A stretch of DNA of 64,000 nucleotides from Camelus dromedarius. Lineage: Eukaryota. The notes under the pieces are model-generated. The model was not told where the DNA came from. It was given only the letters and a program-made list of their open reading frames with translations, and did not search any database. This document shows, one piece after another, positions 28,051 through 40,599 of this stretch. The translations under genes were made by a program, and so were the position numbers. The first letter of the stretch is position 1, and each line of letters begins with the position of its first letter. The DNA lies in contig NC_087436.1 of assembly GCF_036321535.1 (NCBI RefSeq), positions 50,718,001 to 50,782,000 on the forward strand, read 5' to 3'.

Positions 28051-28406
28051 GTAAGAACATATTAAATCATTCTGATAATTTTAATGTTGATTTTTTTTAA
28101 TTCTAAATGAAAAGTGTTACTTCAGTCACCAAATGTGGGGTATTAGCCTTACTTTTAAAATCCTTGATTGAGCATAAGTACTCACTAAAATTAATGTAAT
28201 TTTTTAAAAACTCAGTTCTAAAAGGAATTTTTCTGAAATTGAAAAATGTGCTTTTAATGACAAATACTTCCTCAACTTTAAAAACATTTTTCTATTTTAC
28301 CAATATATACAATGAGTCTATCTGAAAATTGGAATTTTTACATTTTGCTGAACATTATAGAGCTAAATGTTATTATTTTAAAGTAGAGACACATTAATTC
28401 TTTTTA

Positions 28407-28532
28407 TTTTTTTAATTGAAGTAGTCAGTTACAATGTGTCAATTTCTGGTGTACAGCATAATGTTTCAGTCATACACGTACATACATATATTCCTTTTCA
28501 TATTCTTTTTCATTATAGGTTACTACAAGATA
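28407..28532 (-). mobile_element. Short 5'-truncated young L1 3' end
   Basis: near-identical to 310-435; 12-nt TSD taattcttttta at 28395-28406 and 28533-28544. Confidence 0.85.
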
Positions 28533-29589
28533 TAATTCTTTTTAAAATATATCTTTCCTACCCCTGCCACCCACTCTACCGTACATGAATGTACATATAT
28601 TATTTTTAATTATGTACTTAATTTGTATGACTATGTTATTAATGACTGATTCTCTCCTCTAGACTATACAGGAAGGATAAGAACAGTGTCTGGTTTTTTT
28701 GTTATTTTTCTGCTAACACTTAACACAATGCCTAGCATGCAGGAGGTACACAATAAATAAGCACTGCATGCCTACAAGAATGAATGATGAATGACAGAAT
28801 GAACAAAAAGGAAGACCTTGTAGTTTTGCTTTCTGATTCAGTGATAAGGTATTGCTACTTATTGTCAGCCTGCTTACCCTGGCAACATAATGTCTTGATT
28901 TCCTGAAATTCTTTTCTCCATTGTTATTCCAAAACATTGGCTCTTGAGTTTCCATGCAACAAAACTCTTTATATGTCTTGGTTAAAAAAGTAGATCCCTG
29001 GGACTAGGCTGCGTGTTTTGAATACCATGTTATTTGCCTATAACCTTAGGCAAGTTACTTTATAATCTCTCAGTGCCCAGCGTATAGATTCCAAACTTGT
29101 CAGTTTTACTATATCACACTGCCTCCCAGTAGGAAGAACAAGAAGATGGACAGCAAAATCCTAGAGAACCATAAGAAACCTTAGCATTTGTGTTGTCTTT
29201 TTGCAGCCAAGAACCTGGTGGTGTAGGTAGAGGCAAATAAGCATAACCCTGGTTCAGTTAGAAGTCCTGAGCTTCTGAAGGTAATGTGAGCACTCAAAAA
29301 AGAAATTTAAACAGGGGAATGCTGAGATGACAAGAACACAAAATCAGCCCCAAAATGTCTGTACACTGATTTGTCACTATTTCACTCTCCTTCCAGATAT
29401 ATTTGCTAGGAAGAACATAGAATTGATGAGTAATTTATGACAATTCTTCAGCACTTTAAGTCTTGTCTCCTTTCTAGTAGTCTGGTACTAGGTTTTTTGT
29501 TTGTTTTAACAGAACTGTTTACTTTTGTTGTATGTTAACTCCATTTAACATTTTTCTTTATGCTTCATCTTTTTCTCCTCTAAATATAG

Positions 29590-29802
29590 GCTGTATTAGG
29601 TCCTCTGGCTCTAGAAAGAGCAAGAATCAGCGCACCTCATTTGGAACCATATTCGAGGGATGTGATGACAATAGCTTTTCTAGCCATCTTGATCACAGCT
29701 CCAAATGGGGCTGTAATTATTGGCATTCTGGGGCCCAAAGTACTTACTCGCCGTGACCCAAGCAAAATGAAAGTGGAATTGTCAGAATTAGAATTACATT
29801 AA
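29590..29802 (+). CDS. SLC9B1: SLC9B1 terminal coding exon, AVLGPLALERARISAPHLEPYSRDVMTIAFLAILITAPNGAVIIGILGPKVLTRRDPSKMKVELSELELH*
   Basis: atatag| acceptor, phase 0, TAA at 29800-29802; AFLAILITAP motif; short C-terminus fits NHA1 rather than NHA2. Confidence 0.95.
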   Translation, partial: AVLGPLALERARISAPHLEPYSRDVMTIAFLAILITAPNGAVIIGILGPKVLTRRDPSKMKVELSELELH

Positions 29803-29909
29803 AAAGTTGACTTGCCGTCACCTGCCTGTTTCTCTTAATGAATTCTCTTACATGAGAGAAAAATTAAAAGGTTCAAATATGTGGAGACTGTACATAGAAC
29901 CAAGGATTT

Positions 29910-29982
29910 AATAAATATATGATTTTACTACAGACTTTCCTATGACTTTTTATTCCAAAGTAAATTTAATAAAAATAATAAA
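29910..29982 (+). terminator. SLC9B1: Candidate SLC9B1 polyadenylation signals
   Basis: AATAAA at 29910-29915, 29968-29973 and 29977-29982, 110-180 nt after the stop; which one is used cannot be seen. Confidence 0.65.
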
Positions 29983-31583
29983 AATAGAATGCCTTCTTAG
30001 TATTTATGTATTTCAAGAACAAAGTAAATTTATAAATACTGAAATTTTAAAGAATCCATTAGGCTGGATTTGCTGCCATAATGCAAACTAAGCATAATTT
30101 TAAAATTAAATGAACCTAATAACAGAAAGATAAGGTAAGATAAGTCTCTAAATAGGAGAAGTAGAACTATCAGGTTAATAATTCAATTAAGAAGGTCACC
30201 AGAAAAGGGGAAAAAAATGACAAGAATAAAACATACCAACTTTAAATGGGTCAACCAAGTGCATTTTAAATTCTGATTTTAGTGACTATCTGAATAAATA
30301 TGTTAAGTAAAAGAACCAAAGTTAGACTTACATTTCTTCTGCAGACCCTTAAAATGACAGTCTGGTTAAATAGTTTTTAAACGAAACATATCTGTAATAT
30401 TTATTTGCAGATATAGAATTAAATCACAAGTGGAAATGAATTATAATTTTTCAGTTAGTATAAAACAATGTAGGAATTAAAGTCAGTCTGCAAAAATGAA
30501 AGACTAGTTGACTATTGTCCACATGAGACTTTTTTTTCTTAGTGATACAGTATCACCTTTAAATTCTGGCTGATGAAATCTGCTCTATGTAGAATCCATC
30601 ACAAGCAAAATGCAGTTTCAGTTGATTTTCAAGGTTCTTTATTTTAAAGTTAGAAGGGTCATGTAAAGTATCTTCTCAAATAGCCTTCATGAATGGCCTC
30701 CTAGAAATTGTTCAGATTTCTTTGGCAAAAGCCAAATATAGGGACTAAACATTACTTTGGTTTCTCTCCTCCCTCTTCTATATAAGCAAGGTATTAAAAT
30801 AGCACAAAATATGAATTTACACATGAATTTACAAAGTAACACAACTGTAATTTAAGGCAACCAAAATTATGTATCTATTCCTACTAAGCCTGAGACCTTT
30901 CACAAAATACATTGCTAGAACTGCCAAAAGTTCAAACACACCCAGATAATTTTGGGAGAAGATAAACTAGCTACTGTTCTAATAGCATTTCCATCTGTCC
31001 TTTTACAGCTTGGCACATTTGTGACCCTATGCCTCATTTTCAACTATTTTAATTCTAGTACTAAAATTTTAAAAATTTAAACTGCACCAATGTTTTGACT
31101 AATGTTTAAATCATGAGGGCATATCATTTGTACTAGTAACAAAATGAAAATATATTTACATTCATAAGATTGTGTCTTATATTTACAAGATTAGATTTTA
31201 AAATAAAAAATTGATCTTAATAGAAGATAAATCATATCCAGAATGAGGACATATGTTTCTAATTAAGGGGAAACTGTCATTTTTGTGATTTATAGATTTT
31301 TTTCTTAAATTTAATGTATTAAATTTGTTTTATATGTTCATTAGACCAAAACATTCTACTTTTTAAGGTAGTCTTACAGGTATCCATGCTTAATATGAAT
31401 TTAAAATTTTCTACTTAGAAAAATTCTTTTATATAAATTAATTAATGTCATTTAAAAATTACAACCAGTTAACAATGTATACAATATTCAAATGTTCAGA
31501 GTATTTAAACAGATAAATACAAGAATATTGTTCTTCATAAATTTATCAAGTGTGTCTTTGATTCTTTGATAATTTGTTTTCTG

Positions 31584-32710
31584 CTGTTTAAGGAATTTTT
31601 ATTAAAGCAAGAATTTTATAATACAAGTTAGATTTCCTTGCTCCATTATCAATTTTGTTATTTAAAACAGAAGTGACATTCTTAGCCATTTCACAGTAAA
31701 AAAAATTATAAAATTAAAGGGACATTTTAAATTTTGTGCTCTGCTGAAAATTGTTTTCCTCAGGGTCTATAAAACATTCAATTGTTTTTTATATTTTGCT
31801 GATTCTTTTGCGTTTTTTGTGTGTATGTTTAAACAAGTAAGTAATCTAGGACTAGCATTATGTTTGCTAGACCTGACATTTGCTCAGTGCATAAAGTTCA
31901 AAGTTTGTTTTTCCTTTTTAAATTTATATTTTGTAATTTTTCTATATTATTTAAGTTTTTGATGTTTAGACATTTTTCTGTGGTGAAACACAAGTTTCTC
32001 TTCATGATCCCTGGTCAATTTTAAACAGTTGGAACCCCAGTGGCACTGTTAACTGCTTCCTGGGCAGCCTCTTCAACTTTGTGTGTTTATAGTACAGTAA
32101 AGCTTCGTCAGCCTTAGAACAGAGAGATTCTGGAGATTCAAGCATATGAAGAAGTTCTGAATTATTCCAACTTCCAACAACATCCCAGTGATTTTTACCA
32201 GCAAGACTAGTGTGCGTGTCTTTAATAAGGGGAAAGAGGAATTCACCCAAATTTGCTTTTATACTTGGGGAGGGGCAAATGCCAACATGGAAACAGTCAA
32301 AGGCTCTTGACCTTGTACATGAACAGCAATCTGCCGCATAGTAACTTGTGGCTGGGAATTAAAATATTGAAGCCTGCAGACTCCCACAGCATGTTTATAC
32401 TTTGGAGGAGTATGGACAGCAGGAATAGCTGCAGCAGCAGTTGCTGCAGTTTTGGACCCACTGTCTGTGTTGATGTGTTAGCAACGCTATTGACGTGACT
32501 TGTGGGAACTATAAAGAAGCTAGACTTGTAATACTAAACGTTTTGGAGCAACTGGACAGAGACCACCGGGCCTATTTAGCAATGGATGAGATCCGGCACC
32601 CTGAGCAGTCCAGCGACAACTTGGTCTTAGATGAGCAACTAGGAGGATGCCTGCAGCACGGCTCTGAGTCTGGGCTAGCTGCCATGAAGTAGCCTGAAGG
32701 AGGCGTGTCC
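31584..32710 (-). pseudogene. PABPC1: 5'-truncated processed pseudogene of PABPC1 (linker, MLLE domain, 3' UTR)
   Basis: intronless; [41 protein letters not shown] remnants with frameshifts and stops; PABPC1-like 3' UTR ending with AATAAA (31598-31603) and a T-rich tail remnant on +. Confidence 0.92.
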
Positions 32711-34803
32711 GGTTTTGTAGTTGTCTGTGGCTGCTGATTGCTTGGTACTAGCTGCTACATCATCACCACCAGTGCCAGAAGTCCCTTGTATTCTTTGCAG
32801 CCCAACTCATGATTTTTTAAATATGCAGTGTGTCTCAGCCCATCATTGTTTATTTCTTGATTTTCAGCTTGTCCCAGATATGGCCCCTGGGTTCCTTCAC
32901 ACTTGTTTCTGCACTCTGTGGACATGGTGCCATAATGTTTGAATGCTTTCTTCCTTTCAGGCCTAGCAAGCTGTCCAGATTCATATTGCATTTTCCCTAC
33001 TCCAGACCTGGAATCAGCTATTCTCCAAAAGACACTGGTACCTTTCCATGAGGATAGGTATGTTGAAACCAAACTGGAGTCCAAAACTGTTCACTATCAC
33101 TGGAGTATCATTGCATCTAGACCTTTTCAGTAAATATTGCTAAGAAATATATGTTTTGGCAATCACTACACTTGCAGTATGAACTGTAGAATAAAAACAG
33201 TGCTGTTTTTAATATTACTGATGATTTTAGAATATAATTCATTAGCACTGATTATATTTAGTCAAAATCCCTTCAGTGCTGATTAATGAAGAGAAAAAGT
33301 GAATGTCATATAAAACTGCAGTTACAGGACATAGGTTCTGTAAAATAACTAGATATGTTAAAGTTTTCTAAGTCATAGTTTTTAAATCATTTTTAAAAAT
33401 CTATAAAAGACATGAGATCAAGTTGATAATTCTAAGTCAAATGTATCATTATAGGGCTTTTGCCTAACTTCTTTTATCTTTTTTGTCTTATAATGAATAT
33501 CTTGATTCCTAATAATATTAATATAATATTAATTAGCTTTATCTTATAATATTAAAAATTCAAAATAACAATACCAATATTATTACTTACAATAAACTAC
33601 TGAATTAAAGATATTTTATAGTTCAATTTGCTCTTAGGCTATAACTCATCAAAGATATTCAATAAGAGTACTGAATTTTAAAGTTACTTGATGTAATTCT
33701 TCATGTAATTACCAAAATACACATATTTTGAGATACCGCTCTATTTGTTTATTTCCATTTGCTTTCAGTTCTAAGATTTCCTTCTAAACAAGATATAAGT
33801 ATAAATTTGAAATATGTAAAACATTGATATGATTTGAAAGTCCAATGTGTATGAAGTTAGTTTTAGAGAACTCTTGCTTCTTTTCCTGTCCCTTAAGAAT
33901 TCTACCCCATTTCCTTTATTTAGTTTTTGGTTTCTTCTTCCAGTATTTCTTTTAGCAAATATAAACAGGCACGTATCTTTGAAATTTATCCCTCTCTAAG
34001 TACACAAGTGGCAGCATTCTGTATACACTTCTCTGTCCCACGTCAGTACGTAGAAATTGTCCTCATTTCTGTTTACCACTGAGTAGTACTGCATTGTGGC
34101 TCTGTTACAGTTTATGCAGTCTACTGATGAAGATTCTTTCCAGTCTTTTGCTGTTATAAAAAATCCTACAGTGAATGAATGCAAGTATTTTTGGTATGTG
34201 GGGGGGGGGGGGTGCACGCGCACACGCTCTTGGGCAGTCTTTTCTAGGGTCACACCAAGAGCATTTACTGTCAAACTTTGGGATTTTTGCCAGTAAATGA
34301 TAAATGAGAGATGGTTTTTCAGTGTAATTTTAAAATAAGTTCCTATGTTTATGAGTGGACATCTTTTCATAGCTTTAAAGGCTATTTTCCTTTGTTTTTT
34401 CTGTAAACCATCTGTTCATGTCCTGTATCCATTCATCAGATTTTGGGTATTTCTGTTTTCTGTTTTATTAAAGATCTTTATGTAGGAGATAACAGTTATC
34501 TGTGATATAAATTGCAAATATTTTCTCCACTTTTTCTTTTATCTTTTATTTTGCTAGTGGTGCTTCTTTTTGTTAAGCAGAAGAGTTTTCTTTTCATATA
34601 GTTGAATATGTGAATCTTTTTCTTCATGCTTCTAGATGCTGATTCATAGTTAGGAAGGAGATCAATCATTTTCCCCCCTAGCACTGTATGCTTTTATTTT
34701 TCCCTTTTACTTCTCTAGTGCACGTCTAATGTATCCTGATACAAAAGGTGGGATATAAATTCAACGTTAAATTTTTGCAAATGATCATCTAGTTATCTGA
34801 TGT

Positions 34804-35270
34804 TGTATTAGTTCGGTAGCACTGCCAAAATGAAGTACCACTAACTAGGTGGCTTGCAAAACAGAAACATTCTTTCACAGTTCTGGAGGTTGGAAGTCCA
34901 AAGTCAAGGTGGCCACAGAGCCTTGTTTCCCAAAAGCCTCCAGGAGGGATCCTTCCTTGTGTCTTCCAGCTTATTGTAGTCCCAGGCGTTCCTCGGCTTA
35001 TGGGTTCATCACTCCAGTCTCTGCTCCCATCTTCACATGAGGTTCTCCCTGTGTGTCTGCGCCATCCTCGCTTTGTGCATGTTTCTGTGTCCAAATTTCC
35101 CCTTCTTATCATGACGCCAGTCATATGGGGTTAGGGACTCAGTCTTCTCCAGTATGGCCTCAACTTAACTAATTACATCTGCAATAATCCTATTTCCAAA
35201 TAAGGTCACATTCTGAGGTACTGAGGGTTAGGATTTAACGTATCTTTTGGGGGACAATTCAACCATATTA
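34804..35270 (-). mobile_element. MaLR (MLT1B/C-like) solo LTR inserted in old L1
   Basis: tgtattagt start, cacagttctggagg..ggaagtccaa, ctatttccaaataaggtcacattctgaggtact. Confidence 0.85.
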
Positions 35271-35804
35271 AGTACCATTTGTTAAAATAGACTTTTTTTC
35301 TCCCTGTGATTTGAGGTGTCTTTTTTATCATGTATTAAATTTTCATATATACTTGAGTCTATTTCTGAAATTTTATTGTATTCCACTATTTATCTGTTTA
35401 TCTGCTAATACCAGAATATTTTAGTTTTAGTAGCTTTATGGTCCTTGTCTTTCACACAAAAAAAGTTCTTTTTCTGATTGTGCTATGAAAGTCAAAAGTG
35501 AAATCAAGGATGTCGTAATATACTATCAGACAATCTATTCAGAAAAATTATGCCTGCCAAGTCAACATTTGATTTATTCTTTGTTAGTTCAAAGAATTTA
35601 AAAAGAGTTGCATTCACAGCCTACTCTAAACATAAGCTAAGACAGACTGTTTCATACTTTGTCATTTCTTTTTAAAGTCACAAACATTCATTTCTTTCCA
35701 TCTTTTTAGATGAATTCACTTTGTGATTTTTTTTTTTAAATCTCAATTTTCCTTAAGTAATGAAGACCTTCAATACCACAGTTTGGTTTCTTTTCTAACA
35801 AGGA

Positions 35805-36190
35805 TGTCTGCTTCCTCCTGTCCCCAGTTCAAGGCACTGTAGAGTGCCCCAGTCCAGTCCCACAGCGCAGGGGTCTTCTCTCAGTCAATCCCCTTATTGT
35901 CTGGTGGTTCCCTTAGGGCACACATGGGACCCAGCACATGAAAGCATGTTTCCTAGGGGCCAGACAGTTTGACGTGTGAGATAGTTTGATGTGTGAAGGC
36001 TCAGAGCACAGGCCATGCAGGCTCCCATTAATACAGTAGAGGGACAGCTGCTGGGCAAGGGTCTGAGGCAAAGGAAATAGCTGTTCCTACTCACATGCAG
36101 GCTTGTGGGGGAAATGGTTCTGTGTCAAACAGCTCCTGGAGGCACAAGCAGTGTCCTTGCCAGAGTTCTGGGCTGGGACTGCATAGCACA
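35805..36190. mobile_element. Probable ERV LTR fragment
   Basis: GC-richer block with TG...CA ends near the ERV-L remnant; family not identified. Confidence 0.4.
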
Positions 36191-36356
36191 TCTCTTGAAT
36201 CCTAACCTTTCATGAAGCATTCTTTTCTCCTTTCTCTCCTTGGGGGCTCTGCTCTCTCTCTTCTTAACCCTAGAAGCTGCTTCCCCCAACCCCATCCCAA
36301 TATCCTGATGGCTCCAAGTAAATATTACACAAATTGGAAACATCTTGGATTTTTTT

Positions 36357-36414
36357 AAAAGTGTATTTCAATACATAAAAGTATATTTCAATACATGAAA
36401 GTATATTTCAATAC
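36357..36414. repeat. 20-bp tandem repeat, about 2.9 copies
   Basis: unit aaagt(a/g)tatttcaatacat(a/g) read directly. Confidence 0.85.
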
Positions 36415-36829
36415 CCATTCTGCCAAGGGTAGCTGTCCTAAATTCCTATAAACACTCCTTGGATAGGGTGTTAGCTTTAGTGTCTTTAAAACTCAATTTC
36501 ATTTTTGAAATTGTCTTTTTTTGCTCCATGTCTTTAGCAGGCATTACATTACATTTTTTTTCTTTTCTTTGGAATATAGTTTTTCCAGAATTTCTTTTTT
36601 TTCATTGTAGTATAATTGATTTCTAATATTATATTGTTTGGGATGTACAACATGGTGATTCAAAATTTTATAGATTATATTCAATTTATAATTAGTACAA
36701 AATATTGGCTGTATTGCTGTATAATATATTCTTTTAGCTTATTTATTTTATATGTAATAGTTTGTAAATCTTACTCCCCTACCTTTATCATTCTCTTCCC
36801 CTTTCCCTCTGCCAACTGGTAATTGCTGG

Positions 36830-39300
36830 TTATACAATGAACTATATAGCTCCTTAGCTCTGCTGCTGATCTTGCACCCTCAACTGATCATCTCCCTTCT
36901 CTGCTATCCACGTGCTGTCTGTTCTACATTCCTCTCTTCCTTAGCTAGCGCCTCTGCTGGTCCAGGTCACTAACTCGTGGAGTGACCCAGATCATCACCC
37001 CTGAGTGGTATGAGCTCAGGTCACCATTCCCCCTCAACTGAATGCTCAACCATGGCTAATACCCTTGTCTACTTAAATTGAGCCATTAAAATGGAACACG
37101 ATTTTACCTAGAGATACCCTAGTGTACCACTTGGGTGTCAGACACATTCCTCTGTGCTTCTATTCTGTAACAGCATTGAAGTACAGGAATAAGAAGCAAA
37201 AATTTCCAGGAAGATCACTGGAACTTATAGTAAATGTGCCAGTGATTCTTCCACCATTGATTCTTTTTCTACTGGAGATATGGGATTATATAATGGTCAT
37301 TGATCTAGCCTGTATGCTGATGACCCATCCTTATACCTTTGAAGAGCTTCTAAGGTTTTTTCATCACTGTATCAGTTTCACAGCTTCTGGTTGTTATGTT
37401 TTATGATGGGAATCACTGAATCACATTGTCAAATGTCCACAGCTGCAACTGCTGTGCTGTGAAGAGCCTTCCTTGAACCAATGCAGTGATGTGCAGGATT
37501 CCATGTTGATGGGTCATTCTGGTGCTGATTGAGGCCATGTGAGAAGGAAAGACAAACCCATACGTAGAATGAGCATCAGTTCCAGTGAGGATGAATTGTT
37601 CTTCCTGTATGGAAGGGATCCGATGTACTCAAATTACACTGTGTGACTCTATGGTCTTTTTGAAAAATGGTATCATATTGAGGCATCATTGTGGCTTTCT
37701 GTTGCTAGCAGATTGGACATTCAGCAGCAGCATGGTTAGATCAGCCTTCTTTAGTGGGAACTTCTGCTATTTGGGCCTCTGCCTAGCCTCCACTCCCTCA
37801 TTATATTTATGTACCAATGGTGCCAGTACTAAGGTGACCAAATGGAAGAGGCTGGCTGACATCAGCTGGATGAATCATTTTGTCTACTGGTGGTTGGTAG
37901 ATGCCCTCTGTGGGAGTTAACATGTGATATAAAATCTTCATAATTTTTGTCTGTTCCCATAGGTCTCTCCCTATGCCTCTTTCCCAGGTGTCTTCATCTC
38001 CAATCTTCCAAACTTTCTCCTTCCAACTTGTCACCTACCAGCCAAGCCATTTGACCATGAATCTGAATACATTCTAGCCTCAGGCCACTCCTCTCTCCAT
38101 GCAAAGTGAATGACAAGGTGCACAGTTCGAAGTTCTGCCTATTGGGATAATTTCATCTTACTGCTATCTTTCCAGAGCTAAAGTAGGCAGCCATCCAATT
38201 TTGGCTTCCATCCACATCTTGAGATGGCCTTTCAATGGACCAAATTTAGCTTTTTTCCTCCTTAAGCAACTTGGGACCCACCTATACAACCATAGTTGCA
38301 AGCTGAGGAACAGAAACTATTGCAACAGTTTTTGATGATATGGGGACCTGGGCCACTTAGTCATACTGCTCACGGTGCCCTGTTCCTTCTCGTGCCCAAT
38401 CCTTTATGTGCTATTTCATCTTATGATGGATTGCTACTAGGCCAGCTTGTCCTTGTGCCTTGGCAGGTCTAACAAAGCCAAGCTTGTGATGGGAAGTTCT
38501 AGCCACGTGGTCTCTTAATGCCCGTTGTCAGGTGGATCCAGTAGCACACCTGGAACTATTACAGTATATAATTATGCTATGTGATTATATGGTATATACT
38601 TATCCAACAGATAGCATGGCCTTGCTAGAAAACCCCATAGGATTATGTTGTAATTTTTTTACTGAGGTTTGCCATAAACTCCACATGATGTCACTTGCCA
38701 CTGCAAACACTTAGAATATCAGAGAGTCTGCTGCACTGTATGGCCCAGATGGTAGGGGCTGCTGGTACTGTAGCCTGAACCGGCTGGAGAGTACTTTCCT
38801 GCTCCAAGCTCCTGTCAGAGCTGGCAGCCTCTTTGTCACTCAGCATATGTGTCAGAGCCGTATACCTAACTATGGAATATGCTACCTCCAAAACCCAGAG
38901 GCCCGTGAGGTATTGTGCTTCCTTCTTCATGGTGGGGATGCAACATGCAGCAATTTGTTCTTTATTTTAAGCTTACTGAGACTACTGGACCCCCTAAAAT
39001 CTTCACTGATGTGGCAGGCCCCTTAATCTTCAGAGAGTTTTCTCTTACTCTCAAGGACTCATGTGTCCCAGAAGTCCAACATACTTACTGCCTCTTACTC
39101 ACCCAGTCTGTTTTAACTGACCAACATAATAAACAAATGTGATGTTCTACAGAATGTCCAGGCAGTCCAGCTTTATTTGGACTATGTTATGACAGAGAGT
39201 AAAGAGCTAATATAGATTCTGGGCAGACTGCGAATGGAGCCTGCTGTCCTTCCCAGGAATGTGCATTGCTTCTGGTAAATTTCCATCTAAGAACTGCTTC
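36830..39300 (-). mobile_element. Decayed ERV-L (class III) internal pol region
   Basis: ORF remnants KKEAQ..GL..EQESTLQPVQA (RT connection) and WKEKVWKIGD..W.RG...DL (RNase H) resemble ERV-L pol; many stops and frameshifts; boundaries approximate. Confidence 0.8.
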
Positions 39301-39794
39301 AGCTTGATCTGCAGCCTTTTCGTCTTCATCCAGTTTTAAATATGTTCTAATTTTTATTTTAACTACTTCTTGTTTCCATGAATTATTTGGAAGTCTGTTT
39401 TTAATTTCTAAAAATTTAAAATCTCCTTTGGATAACCTTTTGTTATTGATTTCTAATAATAGTGCTTTGTACTCTGTATTTCAGTTTAAAAGTTTGATGC
39501 CTTTAGGCCTAATATTTGGTCAATTTTTATAAATATTTCAAGTATGCTTGAAAAGAACAGGGATTCTTTATTGGTGATTATAGTTCTCTATCATCTGTAT
39601 AGCCTTACTAATTTTATGTCCACTTAGTCAACTACTGAAACTGATGTGTTAAAATTTCTCACTGTATTTGTGGATTTGTCAGTTACTCTTTGTAATTCTA
39701 TTCATTTTGACTTTATTTTGAAGCTCTATTAGCTATCTACAATTTTAGAATTTGTATACCTTACTGGTAAATTTTTACTTTTATTATTATGTAG

Positions 39795-40363
39795 TGTAAG
39801 GCTGGTGGTGAGTTTGAGCATTTCGGGGCTGATCAAGGAAAAAGCTATGGCCATGAGGTGGCAGTAGCACACACAGGCTTTATTTGGGTAATACTTCAAC
39901 AGGTTTATGCTAGGAAAGGCTGTAGCAGCATGAGACCTTCCAGAAGCTTAAGGCATAGGGCCACCATCCAGAAGAGGAGAAGGGCAACGGTACTGCGGGA
40001 TAGAGGCATCAGAGACAGAGGTTTTATGTCCAGGGGGCTGATGTCTGATGTCACTCAGCAGCATGGCAGGAGTCTCTGGGATAGAGAATTCCAAAAGGCA
40101 GGAGCAGCTTAGAGTCTCTAGCCTAAGGCATATTATTTCTGAGGTGAACAGATTTTTGGACACAGTTTCACAGAGTAGGTAAAGCAGGCAAGCTCTAAAT
40201 AGCTAAAAATCTATCTGTTTGGACTATATTTAAAACAAGTGGATGGGTAAACTTTTGGTTTGGTCCCAATGGGTATTTGAGCTAATGGGTCTCAGCTTGC
40301 TGTGAAGAAATGAACCACCCATGAGCCAATATAAAGAGGCCACCTTTGCTTCGTATACATAAC
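39795..40363 (-). mobile_element. Probable solo LTR interrupting an old L1
   Basis: TG...CA bounded block, minus-strand AATAAA near 39880, L1-like sequence on both sides. Confidence 0.55.
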
Positions 40364-40599
40364 ATAGAGTGACTTTCTTTAGCTCTTTTTTTGCTCATCA
40401 TTGTTTATTATATTTTGCTTTTTATTATTTTGGTAAAGTTTCAGTTTATAGTAGTCCACTGTCTTACTATTTATTTATTATTCAAACTGCTCTAGTAAGA
40501 ATTTTACTTTATTCTTTGCTTCCATTTAACTAAAACTGCTCTGGATAAGGTCATCAATGACCATTATATCAAATCCAATTAATGTTTTAAACTTTCTTA

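Noticed and set aside
10105..29802. SLC9B1 as a pseudogene copy, or as SLC9B2
   Set aside because: All nine exons join in frame with canonical sites and an intact DD motif; the peptide and adjacency to CISD2 fit SLC9B1
32002..32250. 82-aa ORF with MLLE-like sequence as a functional retrogene
   Set aside because: Non-ATG start, internal frameshifts scramble the domain, upstream stops, RRMs absent
36357..36414. Repeat array resembling CRISPR
   Set aside because: Head-to-tail units with no spacers, eukaryotic context
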